Assembly (NCBI GenBank): GCA_026391215.1
Contig: JAPLDX010000073.1
Span: 1-10,824 of the forward strand
DNA length: 10,824 nucleotides
From: Bacteroidia bacterium
GTDB lineage: Bacteria; Bacteroidota; Bacteroidia; Bacteroidales; VadinHA17
Direction: 5' to 3'
This document shows positions 1-7,965 of this stretch, one piece after another. The notes beneath the pieces were generated by a model. It was not told the DNA's origin. It did no database searches and worked only from the letters and a program-made list of their open reading frames with translations. Every line of letters starts with the position of its first letter. Position 1 is the stretch's first letter. Made by a program: the position numbers and the translations under genes.

Positions 1-15
1 CTGGCATTATTTGAA

Positions 16-924
16 ATGAAAGACAAGTATTACCTTGGTATTGATATCGGAGGAACCAAATGCGCGGTTATTGCCGGTACTGAAAACATGGAGATCCTTG
101 AAAAATCAGTTTTCCCGACTGAAACACACAGGGGTCCGGAACATACCATCAGTCTTCTCTTGAAAAGTGCGTCCACAATAACCGGGAAGCTTGGCTTACG
201 CGGATTACAGTCAATTGGGATCAGCTGCGGAGGACCACTTGATAGCAAAACAGGTATTGTGCAATCGCCCCCCAACCTTCCTGGCTGGGACAATATTCCT
301 ATCGTTCAGAATTTCAGTGACGCCTTCCATGTTCCTGCATATCTTCAGAATGATGCCAATGCATGTGCTCTGGCTGAATGGAAATTCGGAGCCGGAAAAG
401 GATGTGAGAATATGATATTCCTGACCTTCGGCACCGGGATGGGCGCAGGAATAATTATCGGCGGGAAAATATATTCAGGCACTAACGACCTTGCCGGTGA
501 AGTGGGACATATCCGGCTGGCGGATGATGGACCTGAGGCTTATGGTAAAAAAGGTTCATTTGAAGGTTTTTGCAGCGGAACAGGAATCGCTCTTATAGCA
601 AAAAAAATGATCATTGAGAAACTTGCTGATGGAGAAACTGTTTCATTTTGTCAGGACATTAAAGTTCTAAATAATATAACCACAAAAGATATTGCAGAAG
701 CAGCCTCTGCAGGAGATAAAACTGCGCTTGAAATTTTTGAATTCTCCGGGAAACAAGCCCGCTGCAGGCAATTCATAGAACCAGCCTGTATGAAAATCAT
801 TAAGCAGGAAGCGCTGGAACCATCCAGGTCGGTTTGCAGAGTAGTCCCTGCGTCACTTGGAGACCAGGTCGGAGATTTCGCCAGCTTGAGTGTTGCTATT
901 ATCGGGACAACCGGTAACCTATAA
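16..924 (+). CDS. ROK family sugar kinase (glucokinase-like), with an apparent in-frame internal deletion near the C-terminus
   Basis: N-terminal GIDIGGTK phosphate-binding motif, GISCGGPLD, LQNDANACALAEWKFGAG, FLTFGTGMGAG and AGEVGH ROK motifs. The Zn-binding CxCGxxGC is replaced by AYGKKGSFEG. The usual LGxGLxxLxxxLNPxxIVIG segment is missing between FSGKQ and ARCRQ (junction about 756/757). Confidence 0.9.
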   Translation: MKDKYYLGIDIGGTKCAVIAGTENMEILEKSVFPTETHRGPEHTISLLLKSASTITGKLGLRGLQSIGISCGGPLDSKTGIVQSPPNLPGWDNIPIVQNFSDAFHVPAYLQNDANACALAEWKFGAGKGCENMIFLTFGTGMGAGIIIGGKIYSGTNDLAGEVGHIRLADDGPEAYGKKGSFEGFCSGTGIALIAKKMIIEKLADGETVSFCQDIKVLNNITTKDIAEAASAGDKTALEIFEFSGKQARCRQFIEPACMKIIKQEALEPSRSVCRVVPASLGDQVGDFASLSVAIIGTTGNL

Positions 925-934
925 TTAAAAACTA

Positions 935-3469
935 ATGAGCAATAAAGACAGAACAAAGTCTCTTTCCCGCAGGGCATTTGTAAACCGGACAGCGGCAGGC
1001 AGTGTATTTCTTGTCCTTGGCCCGCTGACAAACATTATCCATTTTGAGCAGCAAGCTGCAAAACACAGGATACACATGATAGGCCATGCTCATATTGATC
1101 CGGTATGGCTCTGGCCTTGGCCTGAAGGTATGGCTGTGGTTTACAGCACATTCCGCTCAGCACTCGACCGAATGAACGAAACACCTGACTTTACATTTAC
1201 AGCCAGCTCTGCACAGTTCTACCAGTGGATCGCTGAAAATGATCCTTCAATGCTGGCTGAGATTAAAAAACGCGTTAATGAAGGGCGCTGGAATATTGCA
1301 GGCGGATGGTGGATAGAGCCTGATATGAATATTCCATCCGGTGAGGCAATGGTGAGACAGGGGCTGTATGGTCAGCTGACTTTCCAACGGCTTCTTGGTC
1401 GTCGTGCAACAGTTGCTGCCAATCCTGATTCATTTGGACATACCAGTACTCTACCCCAGATAATAAAGGGTCAGGGTATGGAAAATTATATTTTCATGCG
1501 TCCGGGGATCAGGGAAAAAAATCTTCCTTCTGATCTGTTCTGGTGGGAAGGACCTGACGGAACACGTGTTCTTACTTACAGAATACCAATTAGTTACAAT
1601 GATAGCGGTTCAGTAAGGAAACGCATTGAGGATGTCCTTTCCCAGTTCGAATATCTGCCTGTGAAGAGTTATATGGTATATTATGGTGCCGGCGACCATG
1701 GAGGTGGTGCAACAAAAGAGAATATCCGTTCCATCAATGAATTGAAAACTGAAAAGAATGCCCCTGTCATTTTTTACAGCACTACAGACAATTACTTTAA
1801 TGAGATCCGAAAAGAAAATGGCTTAAATCTGCCTGTTGTTAGAGATGACCTCCAGCATCATGCAGTTGGATGTTATACAGCCGAATCAGAAATCAAGAAA
1901 GGGAACCGTCAATCAGAGGCGGCACTTATTACTGCCGAGAAAATAACTTCGATCGGTTTCGCAACATGGGGATCAGATTATCCGATAGATAAATTCACAT
2001 CTGCCTGGCAAAGAGTACTTTTTCTTCAGTTCCATGACAGCATTGCAGGAACATCTGTACCGGAGCACTCCCAGCATGCGCGTGAAGGTTACGGTTATGC
2101 AATGGATATTGCACATCAGGCAACCTATGTGGCTCTTCAAAAGCTTGAAAGCCAGATACCTTCAGAAGATCCTGATTCTGAATATCTCGTGGTATTCAAT
2201 CCGCATGTCTGGGAGGTGACAGGTGATATTGAATATGACTTCGGATGGCGTCTGCGAAATCCTCTGCTGGTTGAGGATGAAAAAGGGAATGCCCTGCTTC
2301 ACCAATGGGGACCTGGATCAACAGAAACGGGAAACCGTAACAGGCTTGTTGTACATCTTTCCGTCCCTCCTCTTGGTTACCGTCAGATACATTTACGGCA
2401 GGGTAATCCTGCGCTTGTTAAAAATCCTGCATCGGCAAGTGACAGGAGGCTGGAAAATGAATTCTTAAAGGTAAGCTTCCAGGATGATGGCACCCCTGGT
2501 ATCTATGATATAGAAAACGGTAAGGAACTCTTTTCAGGTGGCAAAACCGGTTGCAGGGCAGTTGTAATAAATGATCCCAGTGATACGTGGAGCCATGATA
2601 TTAAAACCTTTTCAGATGAGATCGGTGCTTTCGGAAATGCTGTTTTTAAAGTGCTTGAAAACGGTCCGTTGAGAGCAAAGATCCGTGTGGTCACAACTTA
2701 CGGCAATTCTGAACTCGTTATTGACTGGATGCTCTCTTCCGGATCACGGCAGCTTGAGGCATCAGTCAGGCTTGACTGGCATGAACATCTTAAAATGCTC
2801 AAGTTTTCTTTCCCATTGAACATAGATTCTCCTGTTGCAACTTATGAAACACCATACGGAAACATTGAAAGGATAACAAACGGAGATGAAGAACCGGGTC
2901 AGAGGTGGATCGATCTTACAGGAGAACATGAAGGCACAGTTTACGGGCTTACAGTGATCAACGATGCAAAATATGGTTATAACGTGCCGGGAAATGACCT
3001 CCGTATCTCAATTGCCAGATCGGCAGTTTATGCACACCATAACCCTAAAGTACTGGATATGAATGCTGAACATATCTGGCAGGACCAGGGAATACAGACT
3101 TTTCGTATGCTGCTTGTTCCTCACATGGATACATGGAAGAAGAATAATATTTCCAGAACTGCAGAGGAATTCATTTCACCTTTATTAATGATCTATCAGG
3201 GGATCCATGATGGAACGATGCCAAAATCCGGTTCATTTCTTTTTGCAGATGCTGAGAATATTATTGTTTCATCAGTCAAGCTGGCAGAAGAGGGTGATGA
3301 CCTTATTCTCCGTTGTGTTGAGACATCAGGGTTGGAGACTATTGCGACAATCGATCTAAGGTTCGCAGGACTTAAATGGAAAGGCATTTTCAGACAATAT
3401 GAGATAAAAACTCTAAGGATGAACAAAGCAACTAAAGAGATCCGTGAGGTTAATCTTCTGGAGGAATAA
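935..3469 (+). CDS. Glycoside hydrolase family 38 alpha-mannosidase with twin-arginine-like N-terminal signal
   Basis: GHAHIDPVWLW metal-binding motif, GGWWIEPDMNIPSGE, PDSFGH (catalytic nucleophile region), YGAGDHGGG, QFHDSIAGTS and the C-terminal NDAKYG motif. SRRAFV at 965-982. Starts 10 nt after the ROK stop, so probably co-transcribed. Confidence 0.93.
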   Translation: MSNKDRTKSLSRRAFVNRTAAGSVFLVLGPLTNIIHFEQQAAKHRIHMIGHAHIDPVWLWPWPEGMAVVYSTFRSALDRMNETPDFTFTASSAQFYQWIAENDPSMLAEIKKRVNEGRWNIAGGWWIEPDMNIPSGEAMVRQGLYGQLTFQRLLGRRATVAANPDSFGHTSTLPQIIKGQGMENYIFMRPGIREKNLPSDLFWWEGPDGTRVLTYRIPISYNDSGSVRKRIEDVLSQFEYLPVKSYMVYYGAGDHGGGATKENIRSINELKTEKNAPVIFYSTTDNYFNEIRKENGLNLPVVRDDLQHHAVGCYTAESEIKKGNRQSEAALITAEKITSIGFATWGSDYPIDKFTSAWQRVLFLQFHDSIAGTSVPEHSQHAREGYGYAMDIAHQATYVALQKLESQIPSEDPDSEYLVVFNPHVWEVTGDIEYDFGWRLRNPLLVEDEKGNALLHQWGPGSTETGNRNRLVVHLSVPPLGYRQIHLRQGNPALVKNPASASDRRLENEFLKVSFQDDGTPGIYDIENGKELFSGGKTGCRAVVINDPSDTWSHDIKTFSDEIGAFGNAVFKVLENGPLRAKIRVVTTYGNSELVIDWMLSSGSRQLEASVRLDWHEHLKMLKFSFPLNIDSPVATYETPYGNIERITNGDEEPGQRWIDLTGEHEGTVYGLTVINDAKYGYNVPGNDLRISIARSAVYAHHNPKVLDMNAEHIWQDQGIQTFRMLLVPHMDTWKKNNISRTAEEFISPLLMIYQGIHDGTMPKSGSFLFADAENIIVSSVKLAEEGDDLILRCVETSGLETIATIDLRFAGLKWKGIFRQYEIKTLRMNKATKEIREVNLLEE

Positions 3470-3474
3470 AAAAC

Positions 3475-3590
3475 ATGTACCTACCCCCAACCCCCTCCCT
3501 GCTTCGTAAGGAGGGGGTGTAACGAATTGTATATCAATGATATCCCCCTCCTTGCGTCAGCAGGGAGGGGGAATATGGGGGTGGGTACGT
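3475..3590. repeat. REP/BIME-like element: two inverted copies of a hairpin-containing unit between convergent genes; may also act as a bidirectional terminator or mRNA stabiliser
   Basis: Left unit 3475-3517 is ATGTACCTACCCCCAACCCCCTCCCTGCTTCGTAAGGAGGGGG. The reverse complement of the right unit (3544-3590) is ACGTACCCACCCCCATATTCCCCCTCCCTGCTGACGCAAGGAGGGGG. Each unit has its own CCCCCTCC...GGAGGGGG stem. The units are separated by a 26-nt AT-rich spacer. Confidence 0.85.
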
Positions 3591-3601
3591 GCGACGAATT
3601 A

Positions 3602-5287
3602 TTAATTTTTCCCTTTCATCACATTCTTCTTATCCGGGAGTTTTATATTCTTTACCGGAATCACTTCTTCAAGAATAAGCACAATATCACCATCAACCGG
3701 TGAGGTAACGGTGAGAATATTTCCGTTATCGGTACCGGTTCCGTCAGAGTATGTATTCTTTACGGGATCAAACCATCTGACGCTGTAATTCTTCCCTTCA
3801 GGTTTCCTTATGCTGATAGTCAGCTTTACAGGAAGATAGGACAGAATAGTCTTGTTGTCGGTGGTTTTGACAACAGATACAAAATGATTATAGGTTTTAT
3901 CTCCGGGCTGGTTCACCAGAAGGTACTGGGCAGGATAAAAATTCCACCAGGCAAACCGCCTGATGAACTGTGCAAGATATCCCATCTGGATCGATCCGGG
4001 AAAATTTATACTTACGTCCCATGAAGAAGTTCCCGTTGCATCCTCATGGTTCAGTATCTTTTCGCCTTCACGTAGCCAGGGCCAGATACCATTTGCCCCG
4101 TATGTGATGCCGGCAATAGGTGTGGCAAAAATGCTCCAGTATGATGCATTCCGGACATCTTTATCTGTGATCGTGAAGAATATCTGTTCATAGTTTGGTT
4201 CAAGGTTGATGAGAGGTCTTGCCGGCAAATGTGACCACATTTTACTCATAGGTCCTCTGGTGATCCAGTTTACTGTTCCTTCTGAATTGCTATGACTGCT
4301 CTGATAACCGATTATATCAAGCCAGGACTCATCCTTATATACCTCTCCGATCCATGATGTGCCGCACGGATGCTGGGTTACAATGCCCTGGTGTTTTCCG
4401 TCAAATACTGCCCTGCCGATTGTCTTCCAACGCTGTTCATAAGTGCCGGTATAAAATCCGTCGCCGCCAAGTATCCATACAACATGATTTCCTCCATACC
4501 TGGCAACTATATATTTGGCAAGCAGAATAGCCTGATCATCAGGTAAATAATAACCCGGGCTCAGCTCTTTACCTTCAGCTACCGGGAGAGCCCACAACAC
4601 AACCGGTGCAGCCAAAAGTCCAAATTCATTTATCCTGTCAATCTTCTTATCAATCAGCCTGAAAAAATCAGGATTTATGCTTATAAGCCCGCTTCCTTCA
4701 AATGCAATAAGCCCCTCGCTGCTCTTATCACCCCCCCTCCACTGAGTCGTGACAAACTGGATAACACTGTAGCTATTCGCTGCTCTTTGCTGAAGGTACT
4801 TATCCCATTCTTCATCAGTCGATTTTAAGGCACCGTTCCATGCCGTGCATGCAAGCCAGAAAAAAGGAGTGCCATCAGAATGAGCAAGGTAATATGTACC
4901 CGCAGGATTTATTACGGGGCCGTGTTTGAATATGTCTTTCTGGTCATTATTTGGCTTGCAGGTAAATGTCCCTTTCTGTCCGTGCAGACCGCTGTTTTTA
5001 GTGTCCGAGCAGCTTGTTTCGAAGCTCCATTTACCGGTTTCTCCCGGAAGGAACCGTGTCTTCCAGCTTGTTCCTCCATCCCAGAAACCATTTATCGTTT
5101 TCCGTATGCCGGTAGGAGAAGTGAAGGTCACTTCAAAGCTCCAGACATCCTGGATTGGATTTTCATAATCAGTGCTGCTGATAAATGAAAGTTCATATTT
5201 GTGCCATTTCAGAGCATCCGGAAACTGTGAATTAAGAACAAAAGAACAAGACAATAACAGAGAAAACAGGATTATTCTTTTCATCAT
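3602..5287 (-). CDS. Secreted DUF5060/DUF4038 domain protein (GH140 apiosidase-like glycoside hydrolase) with C-terminal collagen-binding-like beta domain
   Basis: Signal peptide MMKRIILFSLLLSCSFVLNS. DUF5060-type FTSPTG...GFWDGGTSWKTRF..GETGKW. DUF4038-type SDGTPFFWLACTAW, YIVARYG, VWILGGDG, QSSH, INLEPNYE and GITYGANGIW. C-terminal VRWFDP...DIVLIL. Confidence 0.85.
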   Translation of the reverse strand: MMKRIILFSLLLSCSFVLNSQFPDALKWHKYELSFISSTDYENPIQDVWSFEVTFTSPTGIRKTINGFWDGGTSWKTRFLPGETGKWSFETSCSDTKNSGLHGQKGTFTCKPNNDQKDIFKHGPVINPAGTYYLAHSDGTPFFWLACTAWNGALKSTDEEWDKYLQQRAANSYSVIQFVTTQWRGGDKSSEGLIAFEGSGLISINPDFFRLIDKKIDRINEFGLLAAPVVLWALPVAEGKELSPGYYLPDDQAILLAKYIVARYGGNHVVWILGGDGFYTGTYEQRWKTIGRAVFDGKHQGIVTQHPCGTSWIGEVYKDESWLDIIGYQSSHSNSEGTVNWITRGPMSKMWSHLPARPLINLEPNYEQIFFTITDKDVRNASYWSIFATPIAGITYGANGIWPWLREGEKILNHEDATGTSSWDVSINFPGSIQMGYLAQFIRRFAWWNFYPAQYLLVNQPGDKTYNHFVSVVKTTDNKTILSYLPVKLTISIRKPEGKNYSVRWFDPVKNTYSDGTGTDNGNILTVTSPVDGDIVLILEEVIPVKNIKLPDKKNVMKGKN

Positions 5288-5338
5288 AATTCAATTAAAT
5301 TTCGTTAATTTATACCGTACTAAATTATTAATAAAAAA
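5288..5338. promoter_or_regulatory. Very short AT-rich divergent promoter region with inverted repeat TAATTTA-N8-TAAATTA
   Basis: Only 51 bp separate the two divergent start codons. TAATTTA at 5306-5312 and TAAATTA at 5321-5327 each resemble a variant Bacteroidota -7 box (TAnnTTTG), one on each strand. Confidence 0.4.
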
Positions 5339-6046
5339 GTGAATTCAATAATTAAAAAAATCAGGGCAGAACTGATCAAAAATGCCGACGAAAAAACCAG
5401 GATCCAGGGAGAAAAATTTTTCAAGGAGAACATTAAGATATATGGTCTGAGATCGGCTCAAACAGTGCAGATCAGCAAAGAATTCTACAAAACCATTCCT
5501 GATAAATCCAAGGCAAATATCTTCTCATTATGCGAAGAGTTATGGCAGTCAGGGTACATGGAAGAAGCAGGCATTGCGTGCATGTGGTCATATAATATAA
5601 GAAAAGATTATGTACCTGCTGATTTCAGGGTATTTGAAAGGTGGGTTAGCAAGTATGTATCCAACTGGGCGGCATGCGATACTCTCTGTAACCATACTGT
5701 AGGCTCGTTCATTGAGATGTATCCATCCTACCTTGCAGGGCTTAAAAGATGGTCGGGATCCAAAAACCGCTGGGTTAAGCGTGCCTCTGCTGTTACACTG
5801 ATTGTTCCCGCCCGTAAAGGCCTATTCCTTGATGACATTTTCGAGATTGCTGATATCCTGCATTCCGATCCTGACGACATGGTCCAGAAAGGATATGGCT
5901 GGATGCTTAAGGTAGCGAGCCAGGCTCACCAGAAAGAGGTATTTGATTATGTCATGAGAAAGAAGAAAACCATGCCGCGTACTGCGCTCAGGTACGCGAT
6001 TGAAAAAATGCCTCCGGATTTAAGGAAGAAGGCTATGGCAAAATAA
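5339..6046 (+). CDS. DNA alkylation repair protein (AlkD-like HEAT-repeat DNA glycosylase family)
   Basis: GTG start. Motifs LCEELWQSGYMEE, YVSNWAACDTLC, SKNRWVKRASAV, DMVQKGYGWMLK and MPRTALRYAIEK are typical of the DNA_alkylation/AlkD family. Confidence 0.88.
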   Translation: MNSIIKKIRAELIKNADEKTRIQGEKFFKENIKIYGLRSAQTVQISKEFYKTIPDKSKANIFSLCEELWQSGYMEEAGIACMWSYNIRKDYVPADFRVFERWVSKYVSNWAACDTLCNHTVGSFIEMYPSYLAGLKRWSGSKNRWVKRASAVTLIVPARKGLFLDDIFEIADILHSDPDDMVQKGYGWMLKVASQAHQKEVFDYVMRKKKTMPRTALRYAIEKMPPDLRKKAMAK

Positions 6047-6058
6047 CAAACCTCTGTT

Positions 6059-6066
6059 TACCTTTG
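6059..6066 (+). promoter_or_regulatory. Bacteroidota sigma-ABfr-type -7 promoter box for the ggt-family gene
   Basis: TACCTTTG matches TAnnTTTG exactly and lies 20 nt upstream of the ATG at 6087. No clear TTTG -33 box. Confidence 0.6.
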
Positions 6067-6086
6067 TGCAATAATTATTTCTTAAA

Positions 6087-7775
6087 ATGAAAAACCTGAT
6101 CACCTGTTTTATTATACTCATCATTCCATTCACACTGCTTGCCCAGGACAGGGTTACCGGTCATGATTTTGCAACCAGGTCTGAAGTTATTGCCCGTAAC
6201 GGGATGGCTGCAACCAGCCAGCCTCTTGCTACTCAGGTAGCCCTGGATATCCTTAAAAAAGGAGGTAATGCCATCGATGCTGCCATAGCTGCAAATGCAG
6301 TACTGGGATTAATGGAGCCTACAGGTTGCGGCATTGGAGGAGATCTTTTTGCCCTGATCTGGAGCGCTGAAAAAGGAAAGCTGTACGGACTGAATGCCAG
6401 TGGCAGATCACCAAGGTCTCTCAAACTGGAATATTTTAAGGAGAATGGCCTTGATCGAATCCCTTCACGCGGACCTCTGCCAGTTTCCGTTCCTGGTTGC
6501 GTTGACGGATGGTATGAGATGCACGATATGTTCGGGCGCCTTCCAATGAAAGATATACTTCAGCCTGCAATAAATTATGCCCGGGAAGGCTTTCCTGTAA
6601 GTGAAGTCATTGCCTATTATCTCGAAAGTGGAACAAATGCTCTCAAGGAATATCCCAATGTAAAGGAAATCTATATGCCCGGAGGCAAATCACCGGCAAA
6701 AGGCGAGATCTTCAAAAATCCTCTTCTGGCAAATACCTACGAAAAGATCGTAAAAGGCGGAAGGAATGAATTTTACAGGGGCAGCATAGCGCGTGATATT
6801 GCAACATTCATGAAGAAACAGGGTGGATTTCTTGCTTATGATGACCTCTCACGTCACCATTCTGAATGGGTGGAGCCGGTAAAAACAACGTACAGAGGTT
6901 ATGAAGTGTGGGAGCTTCCTCCGAACGGACAGGGCATTGCAGCACTTCAGATGCTGAATATTCTTGAAGGTTACGACTTATCCTCAATGGGATTTGGATC
7001 AACGGAATACATTCACCTTTTTACTGAAGCTAAGAAGCTGGCTTTTGAGGACCGTGCCAAATATTATGCTGATCCGCTCTTCGCCAAAGTACCTGTCGCC
7101 GAACTGATCTCGAAAAAATATGCAGCCGAAAGACGCAAGCTCATTGATCCCGAAAAAGCCTCCAGGATTTATGATGCTGGCGTTATTGAAGCCGGTAATA
7201 CTATTTATCTCACTGTGGCCGATAAATATGGGAACATGGTTTCGCTTATCCAGAGCAATTACCGGGGAATGGGGTCGGGAATGTGCCCGACAGGGATGGG
7301 ATTCATCCTCCAGGACAGGGGTGAGATGTTCAGCCTGGCACCTGGACACGCAAACGTTTATGCGCCCGGGAAAAGACCTTTCCATACGATCATACCGGCT
7401 TTTATTACGAAAAACGGGAAACCCTGGATCAGCTTTGTAGTTATGGGCGGTGACATGCAGCCGCAGGGACAAGCCCAGATAGTTATTAATCTCATTGATT
7501 TTAAAATGAATCTCCAGGAAGCCGGTGATGCGCCAAGAATTTACCATACAGGATCTTCAGAGCCGACAGGAGAGCAGATGACTGACGGCGGTATTTTGCA
7601 GCTTGAGAGCGGATTCCGCACTGAAGTCATCCAGAAGCTGATGTCGATGGGGCACACAATTCAGTGGAACCTTGGAGGCTATGGCGGCTACCAGGCTATC
7701 ATGTGGGACGCCAAAAACAAAGTATGGTATGGGGCCTCGGAATCCCGGAAAGACGGGCAGGCGGCAGGATACTAA
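6087..7775 (+). CDS. ggt: Gamma-glutamyltransferase family Ntn-hydrolase precursor, secreted
   Basis: Signal peptide, GGNAIDAAIA, EPTGCGIGGDLF, VSVPGCVDGW, LPPNGQG, autocleavage Thr in GN/TIYLTVAD (T372, 7200-7202), PGKRPFHTIIP, MGGDMQPQGQ and C-terminal SESRKDG. PFHTIIP in place of PLSSMSP points to the YwrD/acylase-like branch, so the substrate is uncertain. Confidence 0.9.
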   Translation: MKNLITCFIILIIPFTLLAQDRVTGHDFATRSEVIARNGMAATSQPLATQVALDILKKGGNAIDAAIAANAVLGLMEPTGCGIGGDLFALIWSAEKGKLYGLNASGRSPRSLKLEYFKENGLDRIPSRGPLPVSVPGCVDGWYEMHDMFGRLPMKDILQPAINYAREGFPVSEVIAYYLESGTNALKEYPNVKEIYMPGGKSPAKGEIFKNPLLANTYEKIVKGGRNEFYRGSIARDIATFMKKQGGFLAYDDLSRHHSEWVEPVKTTYRGYEVWELPPNGQGIAALQMLNILEGYDLSSMGFGSTEYIHLFTEAKKLAFEDRAKYYADPLFAKVPVAELISKKYAAERRKLIDPEKASRIYDAGVIEAGNTIYLTVADKYGNMVSLIQSNYRGMGSGMCPTGMGFILQDRGEMFSLAPGHANVYAPGKRPFHTIIPAFITKNGKPWISFVVMGGDMQPQGQAQIVINLIDFKMNLQEAGDAPRIYHTGSSEPTGEQMTDGGILQLESGFRTEVIQKLMSMGHTIQWNLGGYGGYQAIMWDAKNKVWYGASESRKDGQAAGY

Positions 7776-7777
7776 AT

Positions 7778-7809
7778 GGCGCAAAGGCTCAACGGTAAAA
7801 CGGCGCAAT
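7778..7809 (+). repeat. Degenerate 8-bp tandem repeat (4 copies, consensus GGCGCAAC)
   Basis: GGCGCAAA GGCTCAAC GGTAAAAC GGCGCAAT, starting 2 nt after the ggt stop codon. Confidence 0.6.
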
Positions 7810-7863
7810 TGCTGAAGAAAGAATTTCTACAAACAGCAACCTGTAATCCTCTATCAAGATTTT

Positions 7864-7930
7864 CTTGCACATCAAACTATTTTATTGTAATTTAACGTCA
7901 TTGTAATTCAACAATTGAGATATTGACGTT
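7864..7930 (+). promoter_or_regulatory. Putative promoter of the two-gene STAND module with an overlapping inverted repeat
   Basis: CTTG (7864-7867) lies 20 nt before TAATTTAA (7888-7895), a variant -33/-7 pair. Inverted repeat AACGTCA (7894-7900) / TGACGTT (7924-7930) encloses an inner TCAA-caa-TTGA. Confidence 0.4.
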
Positions 7931-7965
7931 CTTTTTCCACAACCCTTTAATTAATTCCCCTGTTT

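Noticed and set aside
1-19. Possible 3' end of an upstream gene overlapping the ROK start (TGG CAT TAT TTG AAA TGA, ATGA overlap)
   Set aside because: Too little sequence to determine frame or identity.
3475-3590. CRISPR array or tRNA/structured ncRNA interpretation of the intergenic repeat
   Set aside because: Only two units, in inverted orientation, with no spacer series, no cas genes and no cloverleaf.
4730-4741. C-run ACCCCCCCTCCA resembling the REP-like unit
   Set aside because: No complementary arm. It simply encodes W-R-G-G in the DUF4038 protein on the minus strand.
5339-7775. AlkD-like and ggt genes as members of the STAND system
   Set aside because: ggt has its own -7 box, and a roughly 190-bp promoter-like gap separates it from the module. 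Nothing in the sequence links them functionally.
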